A stretch of 64,000 nucleotides of DNA from Lingula anatina (Eukaryota; Animalia; Brachiopoda). The notes beneath the pieces were generated by a model. The model was not told the DNA's origin, searched no databases, and was given only the letters and a program-made list of their open reading frames with translations. Below are positions 40,064 to 53,425 of the stretch, piece after piece. The stretch lies in the NCBI GenBank assembly GCA_051362555.1, contig CM120643.1, positions 25,920,848 through 25,984,847 on the forward strand. Direction: 5' to 3'. The first letter of the stretch is position 1, and each line of letters starts with the position of its first letter. A program made the translations under genes and the position numbers.

Positions 40064-41786
40064 TAATTCCAGTAAAACTACAGTCTTCATTAAATTTGCG
40101 TACAGGTGTCATTAAATTGGCGTTGAAACGATGATCATGGGTGCTCCGGTAAAAGAGAAACCTGAGGAACCGATCTTTCCAATTTTACCCCAAATCGCAA
40201 TTATGACATCATTGAAATAAGATGACATATGTATAAATGTTAATTAATTTAGTCCCGAACACTTAAGATTTATCTATTACCCCAAAGAATGTATGAAAGG
40301 CAATAAATAAGGAGTTTTGGGTGACAACACTCTTAGGGGTTTTTCTTTTTATTGCTTCGTTTATACAAAAAGGAACCCACCTGAGTACACACGCGTTTAT
40401 CAAAATGTAAATGACAATGATATACCAATTATTCATTGAATAGTTTATGTGAAGGAATAAACATATTGTTTACAGATAAATCACACTATATGTACTTTTT
40501 TATTTTTTTCACCTAATTTTCTATTCAAGTGTATCTCTCTGAGACATTGTTAAGTAATTACTGTTTTGAATGGTAGTTTCTTCTGCCTAATTATAACTTG
40601 GCCATTTCGTACAGAGAAAACGATCTTTTTGCAAGCCCCGTCCGCGCACACACATAGTATGTATAATCATATTGTCACCCATTTTTTATTTGGTAAGATT
40701 TGTTAATTGCAGTAGGTGAGCTTGCACAACAGTCACAATTCATGACTGTGCGTTTCCTCAGCCTGCAGAAATGTTTTCTTTCGTTTTAACATTGCATGTG
40801 TGAGTGCGTGTGAGCAACTGTGACCCATGTCCTGGACAGTTGGAACCTTATTCTCTCATCTGTTTGTAAAGGCTCAGCTGCTCTACCCTCTCATGTATGT
40901 ATTATTGAACATATTTTTGTTTATCGTGAAAAAGATACATGTAGGCAAAATGAAGTCTTCATTGTTATTGCACTTCTACCGCGTTGAGGATTTTTCAATT
41001 TGTTCAACAGAAATTTGACTTGATGTAAAAACAAACGGGTCACCTATAAAACCCATGTTGGTTTATACAGAAGAAATCGGTCTTAACACGAAAGCCTAAC
41101 CAAGAAACACGAAGTGCCGAAAAGAGCATCCGTACATGTTTTTAATTGATGAAATTGCAAATTCCAAGCTATGGCCTTAATGGAATGGTAATATCTGATC
41201 AAATCATACGTTCTATTTCATTCGCACAGGGAGCTTACCGCTTTTTTAATGATGATGTTTACTGAGAACGAAATTCCCTAATTGGTACATTTGCTGGCTC
41301 TTTAAGCTACGTTAGACGTGTCACGGAAATGATGATTATGTCTCTATTACAGATTTACTGTAAGAAAATCACAATGGGAATTAAATTAAAATTAAAGTTT
41401 ACTTATAATTAAGAAATGCATGTGCACAAGACATGTTCTCATTAAGAATGGAGAATAATATTTTGTAACACGTTAAGCTCTGCTCGGGTTTAATCTCTTA
41501 ATTGATTTTCACTTTTTTGGAGTTACTTATGTTATTATGACACGCCATCAAAACTTTGCTTTGGAAAGCATACACTGGCAATTGATTGTCTCAGTCGCAT
41601 TGCCATGATTTGTTTTTAAAAACAACCTGAATTACAATTATTCAATGACTATAGCAGGATTTAGTAAAGGCAAAGATTAACTTTAACCTGAAAATCATTC
41701 CTCATAAAAACTTAAAGTTCGGTAAAATAGTCGAAACCAAACTTATCATTATGTTGAATGAAATAGATATTATAGCTTTTAAACGT

Positions 41787-41863
41787 CCCAGCGGGCAAAT
41801 TATATTGTTTTAACGTTGAAACAACGTTGAACCATAACGTTGATAAGACGTTGGATTAACGTT

Positions 41864-41908
<45 letters not shown>

Positions 41909-42080
41909 TCACGGTCGCCTCAACCTATCTATAACAGGTAACCTATAACAAAACAACCCAGCAGGCATAGTTGCGTTGGATCAACGTTGAAAACAGCTTG
42001 ATACGTTGAATTGCCGCTGATCTACCTAAATTCAAAGTTAAATCAACGTTGATCCAGCCACGTTGACTCAACGTTGTACC
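41787..42080. mobile_element. Probable transposon end with AACGTTG sub-terminal repeats and a (TA)n tract
   Basis: CCCAGC(G/A)GGCA at 41787 and ~41957, each followed by many (C)AACGTTG repeats; not present in other units. Confidence 0.5.
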
Positions 42081-43673
42081 GTGTATTTTGGTCAATGTCA
42101 CAACCTTGCAGTTATGGATTGTAATTAAAAATATTAATTATTGAAAACGTGATACTTTGTTTATCAATACTGTAACTATCAAGAACGAAGCTAAATTTCG
42201 AGAATAAAAAACGTCATAGGAACAAACGTTTCTAGGTTCATATATACAATAGGAGCATTGAAGTTACTACTCGCCTATTACCGTTGAGTTAAAATATTCT
42301 GATGAAGCCACATTTTTTCATGTAACTCGAAAGCCTTCTATACCTACAGGTATGATAGCTTTCGTCCAACAGCTTTTCAAAAATCTAATTTAAATGGGGA
42401 CTAACACAAACACAGGGCAAGTTGATCGTGATCAAAATTAATGTATGATTAGGGAATGTGACAGATTGTTTTAAGTTTTTTTTCGCCCGATTCCAGCATT
42501 AATCACTTAATGTTCTGAACATAACAGCCACGTTAGGTGGGGGCAAGATTGCACCAAAATTACGCTCATTTTGACTTATAAGAATTCACCGCAAAAATGT
42601 CCAAAAGGAAACGAATATAGCAGAATATACTGAGTCCATAGCTAAAGCCTCACGTGGTTAAAATGACTAAGATTATGAGACAGACCCTAGCTGCATAGAT
42701 CGCGGGAATCTTTAATCTATTTAAGGGGAACACAGTATTTGCTGTAAGTGCCTTGATAAGCCTTTGATTGCATTCAGGATTCTAGGCTGCTGGGATGGGG
42801 GGGGGGTAAGGGGTTTCCTCCGTAGAGATTTTTGAAAAATAGTTTTTGGAGTATTTTGAAACCTTTTCCCAATTCCTCAATCCCAGTCCATCACAAGTCT
42901 CTTACTTTTCTTTTAGTCAGCGAGAAGATTAGTATCTTTTTTTCCATGTACATGTATTGGAGTCCTCCAATAGCCCCCTTCATCAAAGACCATTGCCTGG
43001 TGTTGATCTGAGTTTTCAGAATAAGAAATGCGGTTTGTTCGGGTGGGCAGAGTCGCAGCTTCACTATGCCCAAAAAGCAAGAACATATAAGTTACCATGT
43101 TTTACAAATACCTTATTTAAGATTAAGCTAGTACTTATCTCAAAGTATTGCCAAATAGCACAGAGATAGCACAGAATTTCAATACATTATTTCCCGTATA
43201 CTTTTTGTTCTTTATGGAATGGGTGGATAATAAAAGAGAAAATTTACGATCAGAAATTACAATCAGAAAATGCGTTTTTAAGAGTGTATTATCAGCATGC
43301 TACCTTGGATATAATATTAATGTCCATTTTAACTGAATTTGCATAACAATTACAGCTGACATAAAACAATGCCTGAAGAAGAAAACAAAAAACAACATTT
43401 GATCATTGTTGTGCGTGCTAGCTCTGTCAAGACATTGTTTTTCTTCCTACATCAATGTATTCGTGTGGAACTGTCGAGACATCCTGTTATTTCACAGTTA
43501 TGCACAGAACATTTAAACATGAAATCGAAAACAGATTACATCATTTGTCATTCTTGTCTATCACGAAATTAATGCTACCACATATGAAAGCAAAGTTGGT
43601 AAAGTTTATCCATTTGCCATCGTTTTGTCAGTACATTGGTAACTTCTTCGACGTATAACTCCCTGCCAAAGCT

Positions 43674-45086
43674 ATGCTGTTTTACATTTTTCCTATTTGC
43701 ATTTTGCAACTCTCAGTTTTTCAGATAAAAAATTTGTTTAGTGAGAATCCTGTCTCCCGCCGAGTGGGAAATATTCAAGTGTTGTCTGGATGTCATTTTA
43801 ACTTTACAAGGCAATTATACGACCAGATGACTGCAACATTAGGATTTCCGACCAGCTTGATGGAAGTAGCCCTGAAAACGATGGACTCATCGTGTGCCTT
43901 TAATTACACCACTATGTTGGACACGAAACGAAGAGTTGTTGTTTTAATGGGCGTTAAACGAGAAAATTGCAGTAAGCTTACGAACAGCGCAAAAAGAAGT
44001 ACATTTGTTGACTTTAGGAAAATGGTCGACGGCTTGATACAAGATGGTCTGGAGCACATGTCTCAAATCGTCTACGAAACTGATAATGCATGGGGAAACC
44101 GTAACTTTACACAAGGTAAACACTTTACAGCAAACGCTACTTCAAGCACGCATATATGTATCAAAGCATCGCCACAAAACCAGGACGTTCATGTTATTCA
44201 TGATCCTCCTTCATCAGATTTGAAAGCTGTTTTCAAAGATAGATATTTCTATTGCTTACCGAGGATTGCAAGCGGACTGACAGACAGTTTTCGAATGGCT
44301 GACTCTTGGTTCTCTAACAGCACATATGCTAAGTATTGTGGGATCGTCGAGTTGTCAGAGGAGGTTTTCACAGCCACGGTGCTGTACGAGATGAACAAAG
44401 AAGAGTGCCTGGCCGAAAATACACTGAAAAATAAAGAAATCAATGAGAATTTGTACCTTTGCCTTCGACAAGACGTATCAGAGCAACTTAGTAAAAAAAT
44501 TGAAATTGGTCAAACCTGTCCATTTCGACCCAGTGTACTTCCGGCGGAAGTTTTAAATAACACGCGGGAATTAGCAAAGCGCGCGTGCGGAATGGACGTT
44601 GATGAAATCAAGTCGCGTGTCCTGGAAATGGTGATAAAAAGTGAACCATTTGAATGTCTCATCTGGTTGTCCGGCTTTTCCACTCTGATGATAAATTTTT
44701 TTTTCGCAGTGTTAAAAGTATACATATATATTCTCTGTCCGTTGTCTTTTTTGTGCAACATTATCCTCGTCGTAGTTGTTGTGCGCGGTGAAAGAAAACT
44801 GAAAAGAAGATCAGAAACCAAGTCCTTCTTGACTTGCACCCTTGGAATAGCGCACTTCCTTAGAGCAGTGAGTGAATTGTTGGTTGGGATAGTGACCGAT
44901 TTAAATCAGCAAGGACATTTCACTGGGTTCACAAGTGCCCTTTGCAACACGTTATCTACTGCAGACATTTTCACCTCAGATTGGGCTGCAGTTCTCATCT
45001 TCATCATAACACTTGACAGATTTCTTTTTGTCTATTTCCCGTTCAAAACCAGTTTCATATGCGCCAGAAAAACTCTATTCAGATCG
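43674..45086 (+). CDS. GPCR copy 4, exon 1
   Basis: 471 codons; 3-aa insertion in the ectodomain and 3-aa deletion at the start of TM1; same donor. Confidence 0.9.
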
Positions 45087-45717
45087 GTAAGTGTTTTGAA
45101 GTAAAGAAAAGGACAGTTCTTAACAATTTAGGTGCTTTTTGTTGTTTTTATTTTCTTTCAAAATCTTCAGATCGGTAAGTATTTACGAGATCAAGTTTTT
45201 ATATAGTAAAGAAAAGGACAGTTTGAATGATTTAGTTGTATACCACGAGGCACAGGACGTATACTTTTGACGCTTTTGCTTTTGATTTGATCTTTTATTA
45301 ACCAGAAAAATCTCACGTTCCAGACATAAAATATTTTTGAAAAAAAAAGCACTGTTCAACTACAAAATAACTGTTAAAAGCTGCTTCAACTTTTCTTCCC
45401 ATTCTCCCTTATTGTGTCCCTGTGGTACATACTGTACAGCAGTGGATCAGGATTTTCTTGGGGTCACAGGAAGAAAAAAATTACCTTTATATGAACGCCA
45501 CATGGATGGCGTTTCATATGGTTTTATCTCGTTTGTCATACTATTTTTTGGGGGGGAGGGGGAGTGGGGGGATGACCAAAATTAGTGTAGGACGTGACCC
45601 ACCATGCACATAGACCCACCAATACCGGTAATATGCAGTAACTTTCACAATCTGACGTTTATCAGCTACAATAATCATATACCACAAACCAGTCTCTGAA
45701 ACTATCGCTTTTTGCAG

Positions 45718-46245
45718 ATGGTTTTTGCCGGGGCAGCAGCATTTGGAGCCTTGGCCTTCGCAAGCTTAATGTACACTGACGCCCCATGTGCGTTAGCTGT
45801 TGAGGAATACCATGTATGGCAGAGACGCTTAGGAATTGTAGCAGCAATACGCATCACCGGAAGAGGCATGATGTTACTCGCCATTACCGGGATGAACATC
45901 AAGATAATACATTTTATCTGGGCTCAAAGAAAATCCCGACAAGAACTCACATCTGGCAGGAGATATAAGAAAAAGAATAAGGAAATAATAAGTACTGTGT
46001 CTCTGTTGGTTTCGTCTCTTTTTTTCCTTATTCTGTGTACGACATCTGTTATAAGTATGGTTTTCATAACATATGTGTCTGTTGAAGGAATACCTTTGTT
46101 TGTAGCGTATCTTTTTTATATTGGTAGAGTTGGCGAGTTGTTATACCATGCGTTCAATTTACTGGTTTTTCTAATCAGTGGTTCTCAATTTAGAACACAG
46201 TTAAAGGAGTTATTTACAAGAAACACAGTCATTGCACGAAGTTAG
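45718..46245 (+). CDS. GPCR copy 4, exon 2 (646 aa in total)
   Basis: TTTTTGCAG acceptor; 528 nt. Confidence 0.9.
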   Translation: MVFAGAAAFGALAFASLMYTDAPCALAVEEYHVWQRRLGIVAAIRITGRGMMLLAITGMNIKIIHFIWAQRKSRQELTSGRRYKKKNKEIISTVSLLVSSLFFLILCTTSVISMVFITYVSVEGIPLFVAYLFYIGRVGELLYHAFNLLVFLISGSQFRTQLKELFTRNTVIARS

Positions 46246-47082
46246 GGACAGCCCATACGACATTTTATCTTGTAATGCCCAGCCACGGTTGGCAGTCTGA
46301 TCACAGTGTAGGATTATTTATTTGCTTGAACATGATATTAAGTGGGAACATGTACTATTCAAATAAAACTTAACTAAGACCTACCTCACGCTCTTTGCCC
46401 GAACATTTCCTTGTCTTGTTTTAGGGTATCTGGGTGCTTTCTATGAGGAGATTAAATCACCATTGAGCGTAATCATGAACATTATCTCGGAATGCACCTA
46501 AAGATCGCTCAAGAGGAAACGAAAATAGTAGAATATACTAAGTTCATAGCTCAAGCGTCAGGTAAAAATGAGTAAGATTAACGGAAAGTTTAAAAATTCT
46601 CTTCTTTCTGCTTCTTTCAGGTGGGGCAGTCATGATCGTAGGCTGCCCGGGTGGGAGTGGGGGTTGGGGTGGAGAAAGAATAAGAAGTATTCCATGAAAT
46701 TTCAGTTAAATAGAAAATCCAGAGGAAATCACTTTAATCAATATTGTTCTGCAAATAAACATTGTTTTTATTGTTATAAAACTTTACTTCATTGATTTAA
46801 CTCTGTTTTATCCTTAAGCTATGTTAAATTAGACTTAAATTTGGCTTAAACATTGAAATCATTTTAAAGCTTTAGATTGTTTTCTTTTTATTGCTTCATT
46901 GATGTAGAACGGAACCCACGTGACTGCACACGCGTTTATCTAAATGTAAATGTCTATATTATACCACGTATTCATTGTATAATTTGTGTGAGGAATAAAT
47001 ATATTGTTTACAGTTGAATCGCATTATTTGCTTCTTTGGAAAATCCCACCTGATTTTCTGTTCAAGTCTATCTCTCTGAGGC

Positions 47083-49364
47083 GAATTCTCCATCACACAA
47101 AGACAGGGAATTGTAAATATACTTCCTAAACCAAACAAACCAAGAGAACATCTAAAAAACTGGAGACCAATCACGCTACTAAATGTAACCTATAAGATCA
47201 TCTCCAGTTGTATAGCAAATAGAATAAAACCGATCCTCTCAGAAATATTTCATGAAAACCAAAAAAGGATTTTTGTCAGGCAGATTTATCGGGGAGAATA
47301 CAACAATAACTTACGACATAATTGAGGCCTGTAAAAATTATAATGTACCTGGAATGATTCTTCTCATTGATTTTGAAAAGGCATTTGACTAGATTTCATG
47401 GAGGTTTATTTATCAAGTTCTAAAGTACTTCAATTTTGGCCATGATCCCATACGATGGGTAAAAACAATGAACCAAAATGTTAACCTTTGCGTTATTCAG
47501 AACGGCTTTTTTTCTACCTTCTTTAAGATAGGGCGCGGATGCAGGCAAGGAGACCCCGTCTCACCATATTTATTTAATCTATGTGCAGAAATTATGCCCA
47601 TTTTTTTAAGAAATAGTACAAACGTTAAAGGAATTCGTATCAAAGAAAAAGTACGCAGATGGATGGTGATATATCTTGATGGCACAGAAAAAAACTTGAA
47701 AAGTACTCTCGATCAATTAGAACGTATTTCAAAATTTCAGGCTTGAAACCTAACATAGAAAAAACAAAAGCAATTAGGGTCGGGTCCAAACGTGGTTCAG
47801 ATGAGGTTCTTTGCCCCGAATATAATCTGCAGTGGACAAATAGCAATTTTGTGACTTTAGGTATAACACTTAATGCAAATCTGGAAAATATTGAAGACTT
47901 AAATTATTCGGATAGACTATTGGAAGTTGAAAAGGAAATAACGTGTTGGAATAAGAGAAATTCAACTCCTTTGGGAAAAGTAACAGTAGTGAAAACTCTA
48001 CTTTTATCCAAATTTACTCACTTATTTTTTTCCTTACCTAAACCAAAAGATGAAACGATAAAAAGATTGGAAGGCATGTTTTTAAATTTATTTGGAACAA
48101 CAAAATGGATAGGATAGCTAGGAAGGTGCTTATTCAACCAATAGAATGTTGTCGAATGATTGACATAGAAACGTTTATAAAAAGCTTAAAATTAACTTGG
48201 ATAAGGAAGCTAATGACAAAAAATGAAACGGAATGGATTAGACTTATGATAGATGCACAAAATATTAACATAAATCGACTTATTGATCGGGGAGACTTAT
48301 ACTTGGTTAGGTGTGCGGAAAACATGACCAATTGTGTCTGGAAAGAAATAGTTCTCTATCTTGCAGATTTTAAAAAGAGATACAGGGGTATCTCGAGTTC
48401 AGATAAAATATATTAAAAAAAAAAAACTATATGGAATAGTTCAGAGGTGATGTTGGATAATAATAATATTTATTTCAAGTCTTGGAATGACATGGGTGTC
48501 AATATAGTAAATGACCTGTTTGAAAATAGTGGAAAACTGCATTCTTTTGAAACCTTTAGTTCCCATATTAAATGTCCGTTTACATTATTTCTCGGAGTTA
48601 AGACTGCAATTACACAGCGGTGACCAAAGCTAAGGGCAGAAACCGTCAAATTGGCGCTACCCTACAGACCTACATGTAAATTCATAACCTAAGGGTTCGC
48701 GGTCAATATATGATATATTGATTAATAATGCGTATTGTAAACCGGCCTCTGAGGCTAAATGGGAGAAGGAAATAGATATTGATGAAAATTTAGACTGGAC
48801 CTTGATAAATAAAAATATTTTCTACTTTACGAAAGAAACGACTTTAAGATGGTTTCTATATAGAATAGTACATAGAATTATAGCAACAAATGAATTTCTA
48901 AAGATAATTAAGGTTAAAGATAGCTCATTGTGTTCTTTCTGTGAAAAGGAAAATGAAAGCATTGAACATGTGTTCTTTTATTGTGATTTTGTTCAACCGC
49001 TATGGGAAGATTTAAAAAAATTGATAAATAAGATTTTTCTTTAGCAGATATATTGTTTTTGAAAAATGATACAAAATGTGCAGCCATTAATATACTCATA
49101 CTGGTAACGAAGTATTATATATGGAAAAAGAATGAATGAAAAAAAAATAGATTTTCAATGTCTACAAAATAAACTGAAACATTATTTCAAAATGGAAAAA
49201 TACATGTACATAAGTAATGGAAAAAATGTAGAATATATTGAACGGTGGAATTTGTTAGTTAATGTATTTCAGTGACCTCCTTACATTGTGTTTATTTCCC
49301 ACTGTACATATGTTTAAATATGTTTATGATGATTGATATTACTGATATTATTGACAAGATTTTG
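47083..49364 (+). mobile_element. 5'-truncated, frameshifted L1/Tx1-clade non-LTR retrotransposon (RT and C-terminal Zn finger)
   Basis: Peptides KNWRPITLLNV, LIDFEKAFD, GRGCRQGDPVSPYLF, TPLGKVTVVKTLLLSKF and CSFCEKENESIEHVFFYC. ~14-bp TSD TATCT(C/T)TCTGAGGC at 47069-47082 and 49365-49378; empty site at ~32192. Confidence 0.93.
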
Positions 49365-49584
49365 TATCTTTCTGAGGCAACGTAAAGTACATGTAAATAC
49401 ATTTTTGAAAGGTAGTTTCTTCTAACTACATGTACTTATATCTTGGCCATTTCATGCAGAGAAAACGATCTTTTTGTACATAACGTTCACGTACACAATT
49501 GTTAGTATAATAAAATTGTCCTTCATCTTTATTTGGTAAGATTTGTGAATTGCAGTAGGTAAGCTTGCACAGCAGTCACGATAT

Positions 49585-50893
49585 GGGCATTCTTACAATC
49601 CTGGGCTCCTTTTTTTCCCACCAAGGGTCAAAAATAGAAGTCATTATTGTGTTGAAATTTGTACTTTTCTTGAAAGTATAGACCTGAAGGGTATAAGAAA
49701 TGACAATCCCGAGATAAAACCTTGTGTATGTATAAAGATATGATTATTTGAATTTTGAAAATCATTTTTTTATTTTCATAAGCTAAACCTTGAAGTGTAT
49801 GACTTTTATGGTAATAGAAGGTATTGATCTCCAAACAACCATTTAGTTTTACTCAGAGAGTATTGCTCTTTTATGTATTTGCAAAAAAAAAAAAAAATGG
49901 ATGAAAATATCCAAAATTTGACGAATCAATGATATTTTTGTAATTTTCCTGTTTCAGTATTAAATGTGACTACATGAAGTTTTTGATTCTGAGATATTCT
50001 GAGAACTTCTGTACTTCACTTTACCTTGCATTAGTTCTTTATGTTATGCTTCATGATTGTGTAAAATATTATTTTGCACAGACATGTGTACTAATTGCAG
50101 TGTCATGTTAAAAAAAATGTCCTTTCCGAAACATCCCTGTTTCGGAAAGGACATTTTTTTTAAACATTTATGATATTGTTTAAATATATTGTAGTATTTG
50201 AGTTTATAAGTTTTAGGTAAAGTCTATGAATAACTGGGGAAAATAGGTGGAAGCTGAACTAAAATTGAAGTCTTTTTATTACATTTTGTGCTTGTTTTGT
50301 CTATTCTGTACTAGTAATTCATTACTGGAATTTTATTTTATTAAATATTGATTCTGAGATATATTCCAGGTATTCTTTATGCCATTATACCTTATTCCAG
50401 TTTCTTTTGTTACAGTTCATAGCTGTATAAAATATTATTTGACAATGTCAGATTTACCAACAGTAAAGACATGTTTAAAAATCTTTCCTTTTAGACATGC
50501 CCTTGTTTCGGAATGGACATTTATTTAACATTTATGAAATTGCCTTAAGATCTCATAGTATGTTGGTTTACAAGGTACAGGTGAAGCAATCATTGGACAA
50601 AATATGAGTAAACTAGATTAAAACTGAACTGTTTTTATTACATTAATTGGTCATATTGGATAGTTTTTTATTCTTTTTTGAAATGTTACTCCATAACTAT
50701 TTGATCATGACATAAAATAGAGTCTTCTGCACTCCATTATACCCTATTCTACTTCCTTTTGTTACAGCTCATAGCTGTATAAAATATTATTTGACAAGGT
50801 CAGGTTTAAATTAAGTAATTACATTTTTAAACATGTACTTTTTGGCATGTCCTGTGTTTCGGAATTGACATTTATTTAACATTTACGAAATTG

Positions 50894-50985
<92 letters not shown>

Positions 50986-52420
50986 TATCATGATCATGTA
51001 TGTATACGTTATAAATAATCACAGGAAGTTAATTATAACCTGTGTCTGCCTGCAAGCGCCTCTGTAAACCGTGCCAGTGAACTGACTCTTGCAACTTTAA
51101 CACGTGTAGCCTCATAACTATTTTCGAGTACTTTTATGTACATTATAAGTAAGCAATATTTAAAGAAAGGTAAGCTATATTATTCAAAATTATATTCTAC
51201 ATAAATTTGATATGCTTCCCATCATCCTCTTCCCCATGAATAATAAATAGATGAGCAGACCAAAGAGTAAACAAATGTTTTAGACAATGTGTTAAAAAAT
51301 GTCCTTTCCGATACAAAGCATCCTAATTGCCTATATTTCTATTTATACTGATATATTCTCTTCAATTAATTGTTAATTTAACTTTGAAATACATGAACTT
51401 TGGGGAAATATGCAATGGAAGTTCTAGTAGATCCAAAGAAAAGATGTTGACCCGCAAAAATGAATTTTTTTGTTGAGGATATATATAGAAATTTAAAAAG
51501 ATGCCATTGAAGAATTGATTTTCAATTGCCATTGATTTTCTATTATTTTTATGTCACATGTATGATGCTCTAACAGTAATTTGCTCATGTCAAGTAAATA
51601 GAGCATTAAAGACAGAATTCTCTCTATTTATAACATTGGTAATGTAAAGGTACTTTGTTTCGGAATGGACAATTTTTAACAAGCATCTCAAAAAAGGCCA
51701 CAGTTAAATGGGTTTCTGTGCACTGGGGTTTTCTTATATAAAAATAAATATGTCCTGTCCTGGGCTTTAGAGAAATATATATTGTTACAGGCTAGGTGTC
51801 AACATGTTCTTTTTATGTAAGAAAAACCCAATGTTTCGGAATGGACAAATTTAACGGAAAAACACGGTAGGGTTATTTTGCACTCCATGTCAAGCTCCAG
51901 AATCATCGCGCAGATTTCATTGTTTGATACAAACAATACCAATACATCCAAACAATGATTAGGATGGTTAATTATACTGTATGTTTTATGATATATTTTC
52001 TGAAAGTCATTTATTTTTGTTTTGGAATGGACATTTCGTTTAACGGAAATACCAGCATGCCATTTAAAGACTTTTTTCTAGGATACACCTCTCTCCTGTT
52101 AATATTTAAACTTTTTTGCTTCCACCATACTACTGAGTGTTTTATAATCCAAAAATATGCAATGTCAAACACTGTTTTAATTTATTTCAGATTGCTTTTT
52201 ATTTGACTGAAACGGGAAAAAATTTTGGTCATTTTTCGGGCTTTGCTTTACCATAACTTTGGACTCAGTGGTGATATTTGGTTTCTATTTTCAGTGTTTA
52301 TCTTCACTTACACCATTCTCTAACATAGTGATAAAAGAATTCTTTGATCATATGTATGTAATTTGTTAATTAGCAATATGTGGGAAAATCTGAAAAGTGC
52401 CCATGACTGTAAAAATGCCC
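49585..52420. mobile_element. 2.8-kb non-autonomous DNA transposon with 4-bp TSD (Sola-like termini)
   Basis: TIR GGGCATT(C/T)TTACA(A/G)TC(C/A)TGGGC; TSD ATAT; recurring motif GTTTCGGAA(T/A)GGACA; ~350-bp internal repeats. The empty site at ~32735 aligns with the flanks. Confidence 0.8.
50896..50983. repeat. (TA)n(GA)n compound microsatellite
   Basis: Seen directly. Confidence 0.95.
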
Positions 52421-53150
52421 ATATATGGGTGTGTATTTTTACAGTCTGCAGAAGTGTTTCCTTTCGTTTTAACATTGTCTGTGTGAGTGCGTGTGAGCAA
52501 CTGTGCCCCATGTCCTGGACAGTTGCAACCTTTATCCCTCACCTGTTTGTAAACGGTCGGCCGCTCTGCCTTTTCATATATATGTATTATTGAATATATA
52601 TTTTTTTTTATCACGAGAAAGAGACATGTAGGCAGAATGAAGTCTTCTATGATATCGCACTTCTACCGCGTTAAGATATTTGCAAATTGTGCAACAGAAA
52701 TATGTCTTGATGTAGAAACAAAGGGGTTAGCTATGAAACGCATGCTGGTTAATACAGAAGAGGATGTTCTTATCACGAAGAAACATTTGAGTCACGAAGT
52801 AGGGATCACACACCTAAAAAAGCGAACTTTTTAAAAATAAAAACCGTAAATTGGGAGGTAGACATTGCCAAAAGAGTCGAAGGAAATTTTTATGTACATT
52901 GATCAACTTCATTATTTCTCAAATTGAAGCTAGTGCCTTATTTATCTACCAACATGCCCCCGTTTGGAAGAGACGAGATCGATATCTTATGGCCCATTGG
53001 GAAACGAGTATTGGTCTTTAATGACAGGAAAACCACTCTTTTTTTTGCCAGAAAAGGTCAGCTGTCACGCTGTTTTTGGTTTAGAATAAACATTTGTTAG
53101 TCAATTCGAATTATAACAAATGTTTCTAATTCTTTTTAGTATCATTATAT

Positions 53151-53425
53151 TGAAAGGTTTAAATTCACAGATCGAGAAGAAGTAAACAGCATGAGTTGTG
53201 GATTTCTAAACAGCTTTATTCCCACTGCCTAAGTTCTTAAGTCTTAAGTCATAAGTCGAAAGAGTGTATAATTTACACACCACCCAGATTTACTTTACAT
53301 GCCTTATTGACATATTACCTATAAAGATACAATATTATCTAGTCTCACGTTACAACTGTCACGAGAAGGGCGCGGCATCTTAAGAGGCGTGGGGCATGCT
53401 TAGGGGCGCCATCGCGTCCCTTACA
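53151..53425 (-). mobile_element. Solo LTR (275 bp)
   Basis: TG...CA termini with inverted TG(A/T)AAGG; ATAT TSD on both sides; AATAAA on the minus strand; absent at the paralogous site ~33500. Confidence 0.8.

Noticed and set aside
47086-49275. Reverse transcriptase next to a diversified gene family as a DGR- or retron-like system
   Set aside because: It is a frameshifted, 5'-truncated L1/Tx1 copy with a TSD, present in one unit only. There is no template/variable repeat pair with adenine-specific changes.
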